DNA of 64,000 bases from Pelagomonas calceolata (Eukaryota): contig CAKKNE010000002.1 of assembly GCA_918797485.1 (NCBI GenBank), positions 6,076,001-6,140,000 on the forward strand, read 5' to 3'. The notes under the pieces are model-generated. The model was not told the origin of the DNA, did no database searches, and saw only the letters and a list, made by a program, of their open reading frames with translations. Within the stretch, counting starts at the first letter, position 1, and each line of letters starts with the position of its first letter. Shown piece by piece: positions 1 through 9,643 of the stretch. The position numbers were made by a program, and so were the translations under genes.

Positions 1-1235
1 TGCGGCAGCCCCGCGCCCCGCCACGCCGTCAGCGCGTCGAGGGCCTTGAGCGCGTGCCGCAGGCCGACGCCCTCCCAGTTGTGGGCACCGTGGCGCGATG
101 GCGCTAACAAAAACGCACAAGCTCCGGGAACGCCAAACGTGTAGTCAACGTCGTCGCTCGATCCGCGCGGCTTGAATTTGTAGCTGTCCGCCGACGACCT
201 CGCGGAGACGCCCGTTCCGTGAAGAGCAACCAGGACGCGGAACGGAGCATCTGGGCCGCAAGACGCCGGCGGCCTCACGACCGCGGCGGTCTGCACCGAG
301 CCATCGCCGTCGAGGAATGCCATCAGCGCGCTCGACGTGGGGGCCCGGCACTCGATCGACACGTCCGCGGTGGCGATGCGTTCGCCGTCCGCTTCGACGG
401 TGATCGGAACGGATATTTGCTCGCCGGCGGCGGCGCATTTTCTATCGCTGCGCTGCGACAGGCTCGCGCGGAGAGCCGTCACCGTCGCCGGCGGTATTGA
501 TGTGTCGTCGTCGAGGGCTGTGATGGCAAACGTGCCGTCGGAGGCCAGCGTTACGCGTCGCATCCAGGCCGGCCGCCAGACCTCGACAGAGAGCAGGCCG
601 CCAAACGGCGAGGCGTCGCCGACCACCCAGTCCGGCACGGCAAGAGAGCGCGCATACGCTTTGGAGCTCCTCCAGACGGAACACCTGACCGAGCCGACGT
701 GTTTCGCTCGTAGACGCATCCTGATCTCGTGGACTCCCGCATCGAGCTCGTGAGTCGATGCGAGGCTCGGGATATATCTCCCGTAGATGTCGCCGGCCGC
801 TAACGCGCCGTCGACTCTATACGCGGCGACCCCTTCGCATCGACAGCGGATGGCTCCTGGCGCTCTCGTCTCGAAGCGCGCGACGACCAGCGCTTGCCAC
901 TCCAGGATCTCTTGTCCGCCTGCTCGATAGAGTGCGTTCCAATCGATGGCGTCAAATGATACGCGCGCGGAGCCGTCGGTGCCTTTCCGCACCGTCTGCC
1001 ACTCGTTGATTACTCCTCCGTTCGCGAGTTCCGAGGGCAGAGGGTGTGATAGGTGCGGTGCTGCTGCGGCGAGCGCGGTCGCGTTGTCGAATGGAGAGCC
1101 CTCGACCTCATCTTTACCACATACAAAAGGCCCAAGTATATCATAGCTGCCCAGAAATATCTGTTTGTTGTGCAGGACGATTGGCGGCACCGAGGAGGCA
1201 CTGCAGAATTGCAGCAATAGTGCTGCTATGAGCAT
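1..1235 (-). CDS. Secreted alpha/beta-hydrolase (esterase/S9-peptidase-like) protein, runs off the window's left end
   Basis: Not in the ORF track because there is no stop inside the window. Hand translation from ATG 1235: MLIAALLLQFCSA (signal peptide)...YDILGPFVCGKDEVEGSP...GDIYG...VLVALHGTGVS...LLAPSRHGAHNWEGVG; open to base 1. Confidence 0.65.
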   Translation of the reverse strand, partial: MLIAALLLQFCSASSVPPIVLHNKQIFLGSYDILGPFVCGKDEVEGSPFDNATALAAAAPHLSHPLPSELANGGVINEWQTVRKGTDGSARVSFDAIDWNALYRAGGQEILEWQALVVARFETRAPGAIRCRCEGVAAYRVDGALAAGDIYGRYIPSLASTHELDAGVHEIRMRLRAKHVGSVRCSVWRSSKAYARSLAVPDWVVGDASPFGGLLSVEVWRPAWMRRVTLASDGTFAITALDDDTSIPPATVTALRASLSQRSDRKCAAAGEQISVPITVEADGERIATADVSIECRAPTSSALMAFLDGDGSVQTAAVVRPPASCGPDAPFRVLVALHGTGVSARSSADSYKFKPRGSSDDVDYTFGVPGACAFLLAPSRHGAHNWEGVGLRHALKALDALTAWRGAGLP

Positions 1236-1377
1236 AGTTCCTCGATAGCGCTCGCGTGCGCGGCGGTGCGCATAGATGTGCCCTTTTCCAAGCTCTGGAC
1301 GCGATGCGGTGCCCTAGACTGGCGCACGCTGTGCGAGCTCGTAGCTCTCCGGAGCTCCGGTAGAGCTGAGTTGCCTC

Positions 1378-1400
1378 GCTAGTGTCTTACAGCCGCTAGC
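1378..1400. promoter_or_regulatory. Conserved upstream motif GCTAGTGTCTTACAGCCGCTAGC (copy 1)
   Basis: About 145 bp upstream of ATG 1235; near-identical copies lie upstream of many genes in the window. Confidence 0.6.
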
Positions 1401-1509
1401 CGTCCATCCTGTCGGTGGTTCGAGGACTAGGCGCCGCCGCATGGCGCCTCCCAAGAAAGAAGACCCAAGATCCCCCTCCCCGCCAGATAAGTCTGGCATG
1501 AAATAAAAC

Positions 1510-2835
1510 TTAAACGGCCGAGCGGGACGACGTCGACGACACGCTCTTCCCCCACGGCTCCACCATGCCCGCCGGCGCGGGACAGCCGCCGGTCATGGGC
1601 GAGATCGTGAAGCTGAGGGAGCCGATCTTCGACCCCTCGGGGCCGTCGGCGCGCCGCGACGCGGCGCGGTAGCTGCCAGCGAGGAAGACGCCTGCCAGGC
1701 CCATCAGGCCGCAGACGACGTAGACGAGCCCGTCCCAGCCGATCGCCGTATACGCGTAGCCCGACGCCAGCGACCCCGCGCCCGCGACGCCGAAGATGAC
1801 GAGGTCGTTGATGCCCTGGACCCGCAGCGCGTCCTTCTTTTCGTAGCAAGCTGTCAGTAAGACCGTACCGCTCGTAAAACATATGTTCCACGCGATGCCG
1901 TTGAACACCATGCCCAAGATGAAATTCCACAACTGCTGAGAAATTGCGAGGATAACCGCACAGATGGCGAAGATGACGAAGCCTAGGCCCGACGCCGCGT
2001 AGGGCCCGATGTGTTTGATCAGATACCCTGTTCCCACAATACCAGGAGCGTACATGCTAAAGAAGTGCAACTCGAGCGCCAGGGAGGTGAGTCGGAACGG
2101 GAACCCGTCGTCCTTCATCGCTAGTGTGAGCGGCGACATAAGCATCACCATCGAAGTGTGAGCGAACGTGGCGACGGAGACCGCACAGATGGAGTCAGGC
2201 TTCCCAAAGATTTCGCGGAGCGGCGTCGGGGTCTCCTTTTCGTCGGGAGCTTCGACCGGCGCGAACCGCACACACGCGATCAATGCGTAGTTGATCAGAT
2301 TCGCGACGGCGACCAGCAAGAAGCAGCCGCTATACCTCGCGTTCAGCCCGAGCCACGGAAATGATTGGGCTCCTACTGCCGCCTCGGGCCCCGCGAAGGC
2401 AGCGAGGATCCCACCGCTCAGTACAAGCGCGACCGCCGGCGCGCGCTCGTCCTCGTCGCAGATCTCCGTCGCCGCGAACCGGTAGAACTGCCCCAGTCCT
2501 TGGCTCGTTCCGATGAGGAAGCACGCGATGAAGATCAACCACGCCGCCCTCACCTCCATGGCGATTGCACCGAGGACGCCACCCGCGAGTCCTAACGCGC
2601 AGCCGAAGCCGAAGCCCTTCGCTCGGCCGAGCGCCGTAAATATTTGAGCGCTGTACGCGCTTATCAACGCGGCTCCGATCAGGAACATCCCGATCGTGAA
2701 CGGCGCGACCGAACGGTTAATGCCAATGGAGACGGCGGCGAGAGGACTGGCGGAGGTGATGAGAGTGGAAGCGGTCAGTACTGTAGCCCAGCAACCTGCC
2801 AGTACCCATATGTCCCGCTTGAGGCATTTTCCCAT
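1510..2835 (-). CDS. MFS transporter
   Basis: 441-aa ORF with about 12 hydrophobic segments and motifs QFYRFAATE, GGILAAFAGP, HFFSMYAP, GIAWNICFTSGT, QGIND. Confidence 0.85.
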   Translation of the reverse strand: MGKCLKRDIWVLAGCWATVLTASTLITSASPLAAVSIGINRSVAPFTIGMFLIGAALISAYSAQIFTALGRAKGFGFGCALGLAGGVLGAIAMEVRAAWLIFIACFLIGTSQGLGQFYRFAATEICDEDERAPAVALVLSGGILAAFAGPEAAVGAQSFPWLGLNARYSGCFLLVAVANLINYALIACVRFAPVEAPDEKETPTPLREIFGKPDSICAVSVATFAHTSMVMLMSPLTLAMKDDGFPFRLTSLALELHFFSMYAPGIVGTGYLIKHIGPYAASGLGFVIFAICAVILAISQQLWNFILGMVFNGIAWNICFTSGTVLLTACYEKKDALRVQGINDLVIFGVAGAGSLASGYAYTAIGWDGLVYVVCGLMGLAGVFLAGSYRAASRRADGPEGSKIGSLSFTISPMTGGCPAPAGMVEPWGKSVSSTSSRSAV

Positions 2836-2917
2836 ATGCTCAGTCGTCGGGTTAACGTCTTAATCGATGGCACGACGTCAAAACGCGTCCTCCACAGCCC
2901 AGGACTCAAGAAAAACA

Positions 2918-2941
2918 GCTAGCGGCCTGTAACACACTAGC
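2918..2941. promoter_or_regulatory. Conserved upstream motif (reverse orientation)
   Basis: GCTAGCGGCCTGTAACACACTAGC, about 85 bp upstream of MFS ATG 2835. Confidence 0.55.
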
Positions 2942-3010
2942 GAGCGCTTGGGTCAGATCTACCAGGCGCTCGAGGCCACAGACTACTATGAACATATTAT
3001 TCGCGCTCTC

Positions 3011-4906
3011 CTACTTCCCGAACCGCGCCTCGAGCAGCCGGAAGAGTGCCCGCATGCCCATGGCCTCGCCGCCCTCGGGCCGGCCCGGCTTCGAGCCCGT
3101 GTTGAAGGCCATCATGTCGAGGTGGAGCCACGGCGGCGCCGCGCCGCCCTCCGCGGCCGGCTCGACGAACTCGGCGAGGTAGAGCGCCGCCGTGATGGCG
3201 CCGCCGTACGGCCCGTTGCCGATGTTCTTCAGGTCCGCGACTTTGCCGTTTATCTCCTCCCGGTACCCCTGCCACAGCGGCAGGCGCCAGACCTGGTCCT
3301 GCTCCTTCGCCGACTCCGCGACTAACACGTCCGCGACGGCGACGCCCTCGTCGTTCGCGAAGAGGCACGGCACGTCCGTGCCCAGCGCGACGCGGCCCGC
3401 GCCCGTCAGCGTCGCGCAATCCACAAGCAAGTCCGGCGCCTCGCTGCAGGCCTCGACGAGCGCGTCGGCGAGCACGAGGCGGCCCTCGGCGTCCGTGTTG
3501 CCGATCTCCGTGGTCTTGCCGTTTCTAGCGACTAGGACGTCGCCGGGCCGGAACGCGTCGCCTGAAATCGCGTTCTCGACGGCCGGCACGAGGACCCGCA
3601 AGCGCACCGGCAGCTGCGCGTCCATGACCATAGCCGCCAGGCCCAGCACGTGCGCCGCGCCGCCCATGTCCTTCTTCATCGTGAGCATCGCCGCGGCGGG
3701 CTTGATGTCGAGGCCGCCCGTGTCGAAGCAGACCTGTGTGGAAATCAGAATTTTACGGCGCGTTCGTGCTGAATCATCGCGTAGTCCTCCACGCCATCGA
3801 CGCAACGCCTGCTCGATGGCGTGGCGATGCCGGTTCCTCACCGCTCGACCGAGCCAGGACGGCCGCGTCATCGCACCCGACGCACTGGTTGATTTCCACA
3901 CAGAAACAGACGCCCTTGCCGACGAGCGTCACCTTCGGCGCGTCTTCGGATCCCCAGGTCAGGTCGATCAGGCGCGGCTGCTGCTTCGGGCCCGCCGCGC
4001 GGCCGACGGCGTGGATCTGGGGGTAGCCCTCGAGGAGCGCGTCGCCCTCGACGGTACGAACGGACGCGCCCGCGGCCTTCGCCAGGTCGCGGGCGACCTG
4101 TGTGGAAATCAAACTTCAGGCGCCCCACGCCATCGTCGCGAGATTGTCTCCGTAGCTGCATCTGCTCGATGGCGTGGAGATTATACGCCATCGACGCGAC
4201 GTTGTTCCCGTGACCGCGTCGGCTCGATGGCGTGGGTGCACCTAACTCACTGGTTGATTTCCACACAGCGGGCGACGGCCTCCAGCTCCGCGGGCCCCAG
4301 GTCCCCCGCCGGCGTGTTGATCAGGTCCCGGCAGAGGTAGGTGCCTTTCAGGGACGTCGCGTAGTCGTCCGCCGCGGCGGGCACGACGAGGCTCGCGAAC
4401 TTCGGCGGGTCGTCGGCCTTCGGCTGCGAGCCCGTGCCCTTGCAGGCGTCGAACGAGTAGCAGCCCAGGCCCCACGACAGCGCCGCCGTCGCCGGTAGCG
4501 GCTCCGCGGACTCGAGCTCGTAGACCGCGCCGTCGGAGGGCAGCCGCGCCGGCAGCGACGCAAAAGCATAAAGAGACGACGCATTCTTCGTCATGAAGGC
4601 CCACTTGCGTTCTGGCAAGAGGACGAGGGCGTCGTCCTTGAACTTCGCGAGGCCCGCGGCCTTCAAGTAAGCCTGCGTGTCGGCGGCCTGCTCGCCGAGC
4701 CAGGCCTCGTACTCGTCCTTTTGCAGCACCAAGACCGGAGTGGTAGGAGTATCGCTGGCGCTCACGAGGTTCGGCGCCCAGCGGTCCGAGCTCGGGAAGG
4801 CGCCGCCGGCCAGCGCGCGCACGTTGCGGTGGAGGCGCCGGGCGCCGCGCGCGAAGGCGCGGATCATCGGGAGCGATGCGAGCGTCAACGCCGTCCGGAA
4901 GCGCAT
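3011..4906 (-). CDS. M17 leucyl aminopeptidase, 3 exons (4906-4277, 4097-3912, 3733-3011), about 512 aa
   Basis: Removing the two introner introns restores RDLINTP, VGKGVCFDTGGLDIK, MKKDMGGAA, NTDAEGRLVLAD, DCATLTGA and WLHLD in one frame. Confidence 0.92.
3734..3903 (-). mobile_element. Introner element IE1; intron 3911..3734 (GT-AG)
   Basis: TIR CTGTGTGGAAATCA...TGATTTCCACACAG; 8-bp TSD AAGCAGAC (3726-3733) / AAACAGAC (3904-3911) with 1 mismatch; splicing restores GKG|VCFDTGG. Confidence 0.93.
4098..4268 (-). mobile_element. Introner element IE2; intron 4276..4098 (GT-AG)
   Basis: Same TIRs; perfect TSD CGGGCGAC (4090-4097 / 4269-4276); splicing restores ELEA|VARDLA. Confidence 0.93.
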
Positions 4907-5078
4907 CGGAGCCAAGCGCGCAGGTGCAGCACTGCTTGCTTGCAATTAGCTGCAACTGTGCCAGCGCTGCGTCTCAGCGCTGTTACCGATGCGCACAATA
5001 CAAGAGCGTGTGTTGCAACAACAGCGGACACAGAGCAACGCGAGTTGCCACGTTTTTTGCTCAAGCCTCCAACTCCGA

Positions 5079-5102
5079 GCTAGCGGTCTGTAAGACACTA
5101 GC
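5079..5102. promoter_or_regulatory. Conserved upstream motif
   Basis: GCTAGCGGTCTGTAAGACACTAGC, about 170 bp upstream of the aminopeptidase ATG. Confidence 0.6.
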
Positions 5103-5220
5103 AAATCTCAAAGCTCGTGTCCGCGACGTAAATAGCCTGAGCCTGAGCCTCGAGAGATCGTAGGCACCAACAAACAACGCGAGGCACAGCGCGCGCGCGA
5201 GAAAACCACAAGGAGAACAT

Positions 5221-6307
5221 TTACACACCACCCTCCGCGCCGTCCTCCGCCGCAGGAGCAGCAGGAGCAGGAGGAGGCGCCTCACCGTTCTTCACTGCGG
5301 TGCGCTTCTCGAGTGCGTCGACGGAGTGTGCCAGCGCGATCAAGTTGCCCCGCAGCGCGCCCAAGTCCGCGACGGCGTACTGATGCGACGCGACGACGCG
5401 CTGCAACTCGGCGACCGCGTGGGTCACGTTCGAGAAGTCGCCGCCCCACTGGCCGTCCAGTTTCGCCATCTTGCCCTGGATGGCGCGCTGCCGGCCTGTG
5501 TGGAAATCAAAATTTTACGGCGCGTTCGTGCTGAATCATCACGTCGTCCTCCCCGCCATCGACGCGACGCCTGCTCGATGACGTGGCGATGCCGGTTCCT
5601 CACCGCTCGAAGGAGCCAGCACGGCCGCGTCATCGCCGAGATATGACTTAGTGAAGAATTGTCGGGTGCACCCGACGCACTGTTTGATTTCCACACAGCT
5701 GCCGGCCCTCGAGCGTCGACAGCTTCGCCAGGGCCCCGGCCAGGCCCTGTCGTACGTCATTGAGAGAGCCCTCGTCGGGCGGCGGCGCCGGCGGCGACGG
5801 CGACGGCGCCGGCGCCGCGGCCTTCTCGCGCGCCGCGCACCGCGGACACGTCCGATCGGCCGCAAGGAACCGCTCGAGCCGGTCCGAGCCGACCTCGGCG
5901 TCCAGCGTCGCCCGGACGCGCTCGCCGATCTCGCGCGCGACGGCGTCGGCGAACTCGTTGACGAGCGGCCCGACGAGCGACCGCGCCGACCGCGCCGCGG
6001 GCGCCGGCGCCGCCGCGGCCGGCCGTCCTATCGCTCGCTGCTGGGCGCCGGGCGACGACGCGGCGCCGGCCGGCCGCCGCCGCCGCGCGTCCGGGCTCGC
6101 GGCCGCGAAGAGCGAGCCGTCGTCGGGCCGGAACTCGGGGAACCGCGCGCCGTCGGCGAGCGTTAGTTCGGGCTTCGGTTCGGACGCCACCGACAGGCCC
6201 CCGAAGCGCGGCGCCGTCCAGTCGTACAGGCCCTCCGAGCCCGTCGACGCGTCGCCCTTGGAGTCCATCGAGCCGAGGGAGGTGGCGCTGTTCGAGGGGC
6301 GGAGCAT
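5221..6307 (-). CDS. Hypothetical protein with C-terminal coiled coil, 2 exons (6307-5707, 5495-5221)
   Basis: ORFs 5648..6307 and 5221..5469 join in frame (LEG-RQRAIQGKMAKLDG) after removing IE3; 876 nt total. Start codon uncertain. Confidence 0.7.
5496..5698 (-). mobile_element. Introner element IE3; intron 5706..5496 (GC-AG)
   Basis: Same TIRs; perfect TSD CTGCCGGC (5488-5495 / 5699-5706), which reads GCCGGCAG on the gene strand and gives a GC donor. Confidence 0.92.
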
Positions 6308-6660
6308 TTATATTGGACGCGTCGATGGCGTGCACCTGTGAATTGTGCCGTGTCGCGCAAGTTTGCACGCCCGACAGTGTAGAGCTCTGTTGTGCAAGCT
6401 CTGGTGTGGTTTGTTTAAGCGCTGTTCTAAGCTGCGGGTCTCAAGCAAGGGGTGGCGCGGTGATGCTAAGCTGTCTTTTCCTCCAAGTGCTGTCGGATGC
6501 ACGAGAATGCGGCCGCTGAACTTGGAGCCAGGGCTCTGCATGGAACCCGCACGTTCGAGATCCGTCCAAGTCCACTCCTCACCGCGAGAAGACCACCCCT
6601 AGATGCCGAGAAGCATGCTTTCGGCGCTTCGCGGCAGGGGCGAATTTGCCCGAAAAGCTA

Positions 6661-7677
6661 ATGGCGCCATTTGAGAGCGTCGTCGATAGCACCGGAAATC
6701 TCGGGGTCGGGAGCACCAGGCTGCACCAGACTCGTCGAGCGCCGAGCTCCAGCCAAACCCCACGCCTCCCTGCAAAACGGGCTGCCCCGCGCCCGCCGTC
6801 GCCGCGTTCCCACCAGGAGAGCCATATGGCCATGGACTCGACGCTAAAACTCGACCCCTCCTGCGTCTTCTTCAATGACTCCGTGCTTAGTTATACCAGC
6901 ATGGGCCCGCCCACGCTGAGCACGGACCTGGGCAGCCCGTCGCACCTCTTCGTGGAGCGCCCGAGCACGGCGCCCGCGCAAATCTCGCCGGGCTGCGGCG
7001 AGGTCCACGAGGATCCCCACAAGCGCCGGTTCCCCGGCCCGGGCTACTACGAGCTGCCGAGCCCGGACTGCGTCTCGCAGTTCCCGCACCGGCCGGCGAG
7101 CCCGCACTACTCGCTCGCGTCGCCGCGGAGCCGGCGCGCGCCGCCCGTCGGGCGCCGGCCGAAGGGTCGGCCGCTGCCCCCGCGGCGCTTCCCGGACTCG
7201 CCCGGCCCCGCCTCGATCCCGCGCTCCCAGCTCTCGTCCGGCCGCACGTCGACGGACCCCGGGCCCAGGACGTTCCGCTCGCCGCGGCGGGCGCGCCCGG
7301 ACGTCTTCTCGGCCGACAACCCGCGCTGGAAGCTCGGGAAGCCGCACGCTTACTTTGGCCGCGACACGTTGACGGCTGTGTGGAAATCAACCTGTGTGTC
7401 GGGTGCACCCGACAATTCTTCACTAAGTCATTTCTCGGCGATGACGCGGCCGACCTGGCTCGAGCGGCGAGGAACCGGCATCGCCACGCCATCGAGCAGG
7501 CGTCGCGTCGATGGCGTGGAGGACGACGCGACGATTCGGCACGAACGCGCCGTCAAATTTTGATTTCCACACAGGTTGACGGCGCCGCGCGTCAAGGGAT
7601 CCAAGTTCCTGCCGGGGAAACGCCACGTCGAGCCCCGCGTCTGGGGCCGCCCGCCCGCGGCCTCGCTCGTCTGGTGA
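6661..7677 (+). CDS. Pro/Ser-rich protein with PGPGYY (sperm-tail PG-rich/ODF3-like) motif, 2 exons (6661-7367, 7575-7677)
   Basis: FPGPGYY and SPGPA motifs; after removing IE4 the frame continues TLTAPRVKGSKFLPG...SLVW to TGA at 7675-7677. Confidence 0.6.
7376..7574 (+). mobile_element. Introner element IE4; intron 7368..7574 (GT-AG)
   Basis: Same TIRs; perfect TSD GTTGACGG (7368-7375 / 7575-7582); internally the reverse complement of IE1/IE3 as read on the + strand. Confidence 0.93.
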
Positions 7678-7751
7678 CTTTCCCGTTCGTAACCCCTCGC
7701 GCAAAGGGGACTCTATTATCTAACCACTAATCACATTACAAAACAAGACGC

Positions 7752-9356
7752 CTAGCGCGACGACGACGTCGGCCGCGACACGAGCTCGGGCCGCCGCGCC
7801 AGGAACGCCGCGAAGGTGAGGCCGGCCGCGACGACGGCCGTCGCCGACACGTCCGCGACGACCTCGAAGTCCGTCGCGTACGTCAGAGCGACGCCGGCGA
7901 GCCCGAGCTCCGCCGCGCCGGTCAGCGCCGCCTCGCACCCCTGCACGGCGTTGCGATCGGCCTCGGCGACGAGCTGCTGCTGCAGCTCGACGTACGCCAC
8001 GTCGAACGCGTACAGGAACACGCGACTCACGACGACGGCGACCATGAGCGTCTGCGGCGCGTCGACGAAGGTAGCTGCGACTGTGACCGCGACGACCTGG
8101 CCAAGGATGCTAAGCGCCGCCACGTCTCGCGTCGCCAGGCGCCGAGCCTCAGATGTGGTCGTCGTTTGCGCCCGCCGCGCATCTGTGCGGCCGTCGGCGG
8201 CCGCCGCGTAGAGGGCCACGCCGCCGGCGCCCGCGAGCGCTCCCGCCGCGCGAAAGGCCGCGAGCGACTCCGCCGGCGCGCCGCGGTCGGCCAGGGCCGC
8301 CAGGAGCACGGGCGCGTGCGGCGTCAGGGCGGTGAACCAAAGCAACGCAAAGACCACGGTCGTGATCGCCGCGCCGCTCGGCTGGCCGAAGAAGGCGGCC
8401 CAGGCCGGCGCGGTCGTGATCGCCGCGCCGCTCGGCTGGCCGAAGAAGGCGGCCCAGGCCGGCGCGGCCTTCGTCGTTTCGCCCTTCGGCGCGCTGAGCG
8501 CACTGGGCGCGCGGGCGCGGAGCCGCTCGAGCGCAGCCTGGGCGGCGAGCTCGCCGGCGACGGCGGCCGCGCCGACGGTCGGCGCGCCGCTCGCGCCTAA
8601 GACGAATGCGCCGAGCGCTGGGCCAGCTAATTCCCCAAGCAGCGCCGCGTTCGAGAGCGAGACCGTTGCTTTGCGCAGCGCGTCGCCCTCGAGGAGCGTC
8701 GGCGCCCAGTCTTTGCGGGGGGCGCCCTTCGTGACGACGGCGCCGAGCGCTTCGATCGCCGAGCCGGCGAGCAGGAGCGGGAGCCACGACGTTTCGTCGG
8801 CGAGGTGTGGCAGCGCGAGGCAGCTGAGCCCGACGCCACAGGCCTGAGCGGCACGAGCGGCGCGCGCCGCGTCGACGCGCGGCGCCTTGTCGGCGAGCCG
8901 GCCCACGGACGGCGCGAAGAGCACTTTGGCGCCCGTCGTCGCGGCCATGAGCGTCGCGGCGGCCTGGGGGCCGCCGGACTCGAGCAGCGCGAGCGGGAGC
9001 GCGAACTGCCACGCGGTGGCGAACGTCGTCGAGGCGCCCGCCGACAGCGTGAGGAGGAGCGTCGTCTCGGCGTCGGCGTCTGCTTTGAGCCGGTCTCCGG
9101 CGTCGACGGCCTCGAGCCAGTACGCAGTGTCGAGCTCCGACGGCTCAGAAGTGCCCTCGACGTCTGCGAGCCATTTCTCAGTGTCTAGGAATGGTACGGC
9201 GTTCTCGCGCTTCCCGCCGACAGAACGCTGCGCGTCCTGCTTGCTCTTGAGCAGCACATGCTCTCCTCTAGAGACATAGGGTGTCGCGAGCCTACCAAGC
9301 GTTGCTGGTGGCTGTGTGAAGCCCCAGACAGCTGGCACGATGATCAAGAACCGCAT
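7752..9356 (-). CDS. Ferroportin/SLC40-like MFS protein, probable plastid presequence
   Basis: AWQFALPLAL, FAPSVGRLAD, RKDWAP, SRVFLYAFD..ELQQ..V..ADRNAVQG resemble ferroportin/IREG motifs; N-terminus MRFLIIVPAVWGF. Confidence 0.65.
   Translation of the reverse strand: MRFLIIVPAVWGFTQPPATLGRLATPYVSRGEHVLLKSKQDAQRSVGGKRENAVPFLDTEKWLADVEGTSEPSELDTAYWLEAVDAGDRLKADADAETTLLLTLSAGASTTFATAWQFALPLALLESGGPQAAATLMAATTGAKVLFAPSVGRLADKAPRVDAARAARAAQACGVGLSCLALPHLADETSWLPLLLAGSAIEALGAVVTKGAPRKDWAPTLLEGDALRKATVSLSNAALLGELAGPALGAFVLGASGAPTVGAAAVAGELAAQAALERLRARAPSALSAPKGETTKAAPAWAAFFGQPSGAAITTAPAWAAFFGQPSGAAITTVVFALLWFTALTPHAPVLLAALADRGAPAESLAAFRAAGALAGAGGVALYAAAADGRTDARRAQTTTTSEARRLATRDVAALSILGQVVAVTVAATFVDAPQTLMVAVVVSRVFLYAFDVAYVELQQQLVAEADRNAVQGCEAALTGAAELGLAGVALTYATDFEVVADVSATAVVAAGLTFAAFLARRPELVSRPTSSSR
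8357..8467. repeat. Exact 54-bp tandem duplication inside the ferroportin-like CDS
   Basis: Units start at 8357 and 8411; encodes APAWAAFFGQPSGAAITT twice. Confidence 0.95.
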
Positions 9357-9643
9357 TTTTAGGGTCTCTGCGCAGAGCTGCGACAGCTGTTGCTTTAGAC
9401 TCAGATCTGGCTCAGCTAGAGCCATACGAACGCTAGCTGTAGCGAACGCTATACCCCTCCTGGGGCTCGCCCACCATTGCTCTGAATCGCAAAAACAACG
9501 TAGCTCATGATCAAGACATGCCGAGTACAAAACGCGGGGGCGGGGCGGGCGTTCGGTCACGCAGCCCCGCGGCGGCCGGGTAGCTAGGCGGCCTAGCTCT
9601 AAGCAAAGCAAAGCACACAAAAAAGCAACTTAACAACAACCAA

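Noticed and set aside
6319..6340. GCGTCGATGGCGT...CCTGTG resembling an introner remnant
   Set aside because: No second TIR or TSD; too short to call.
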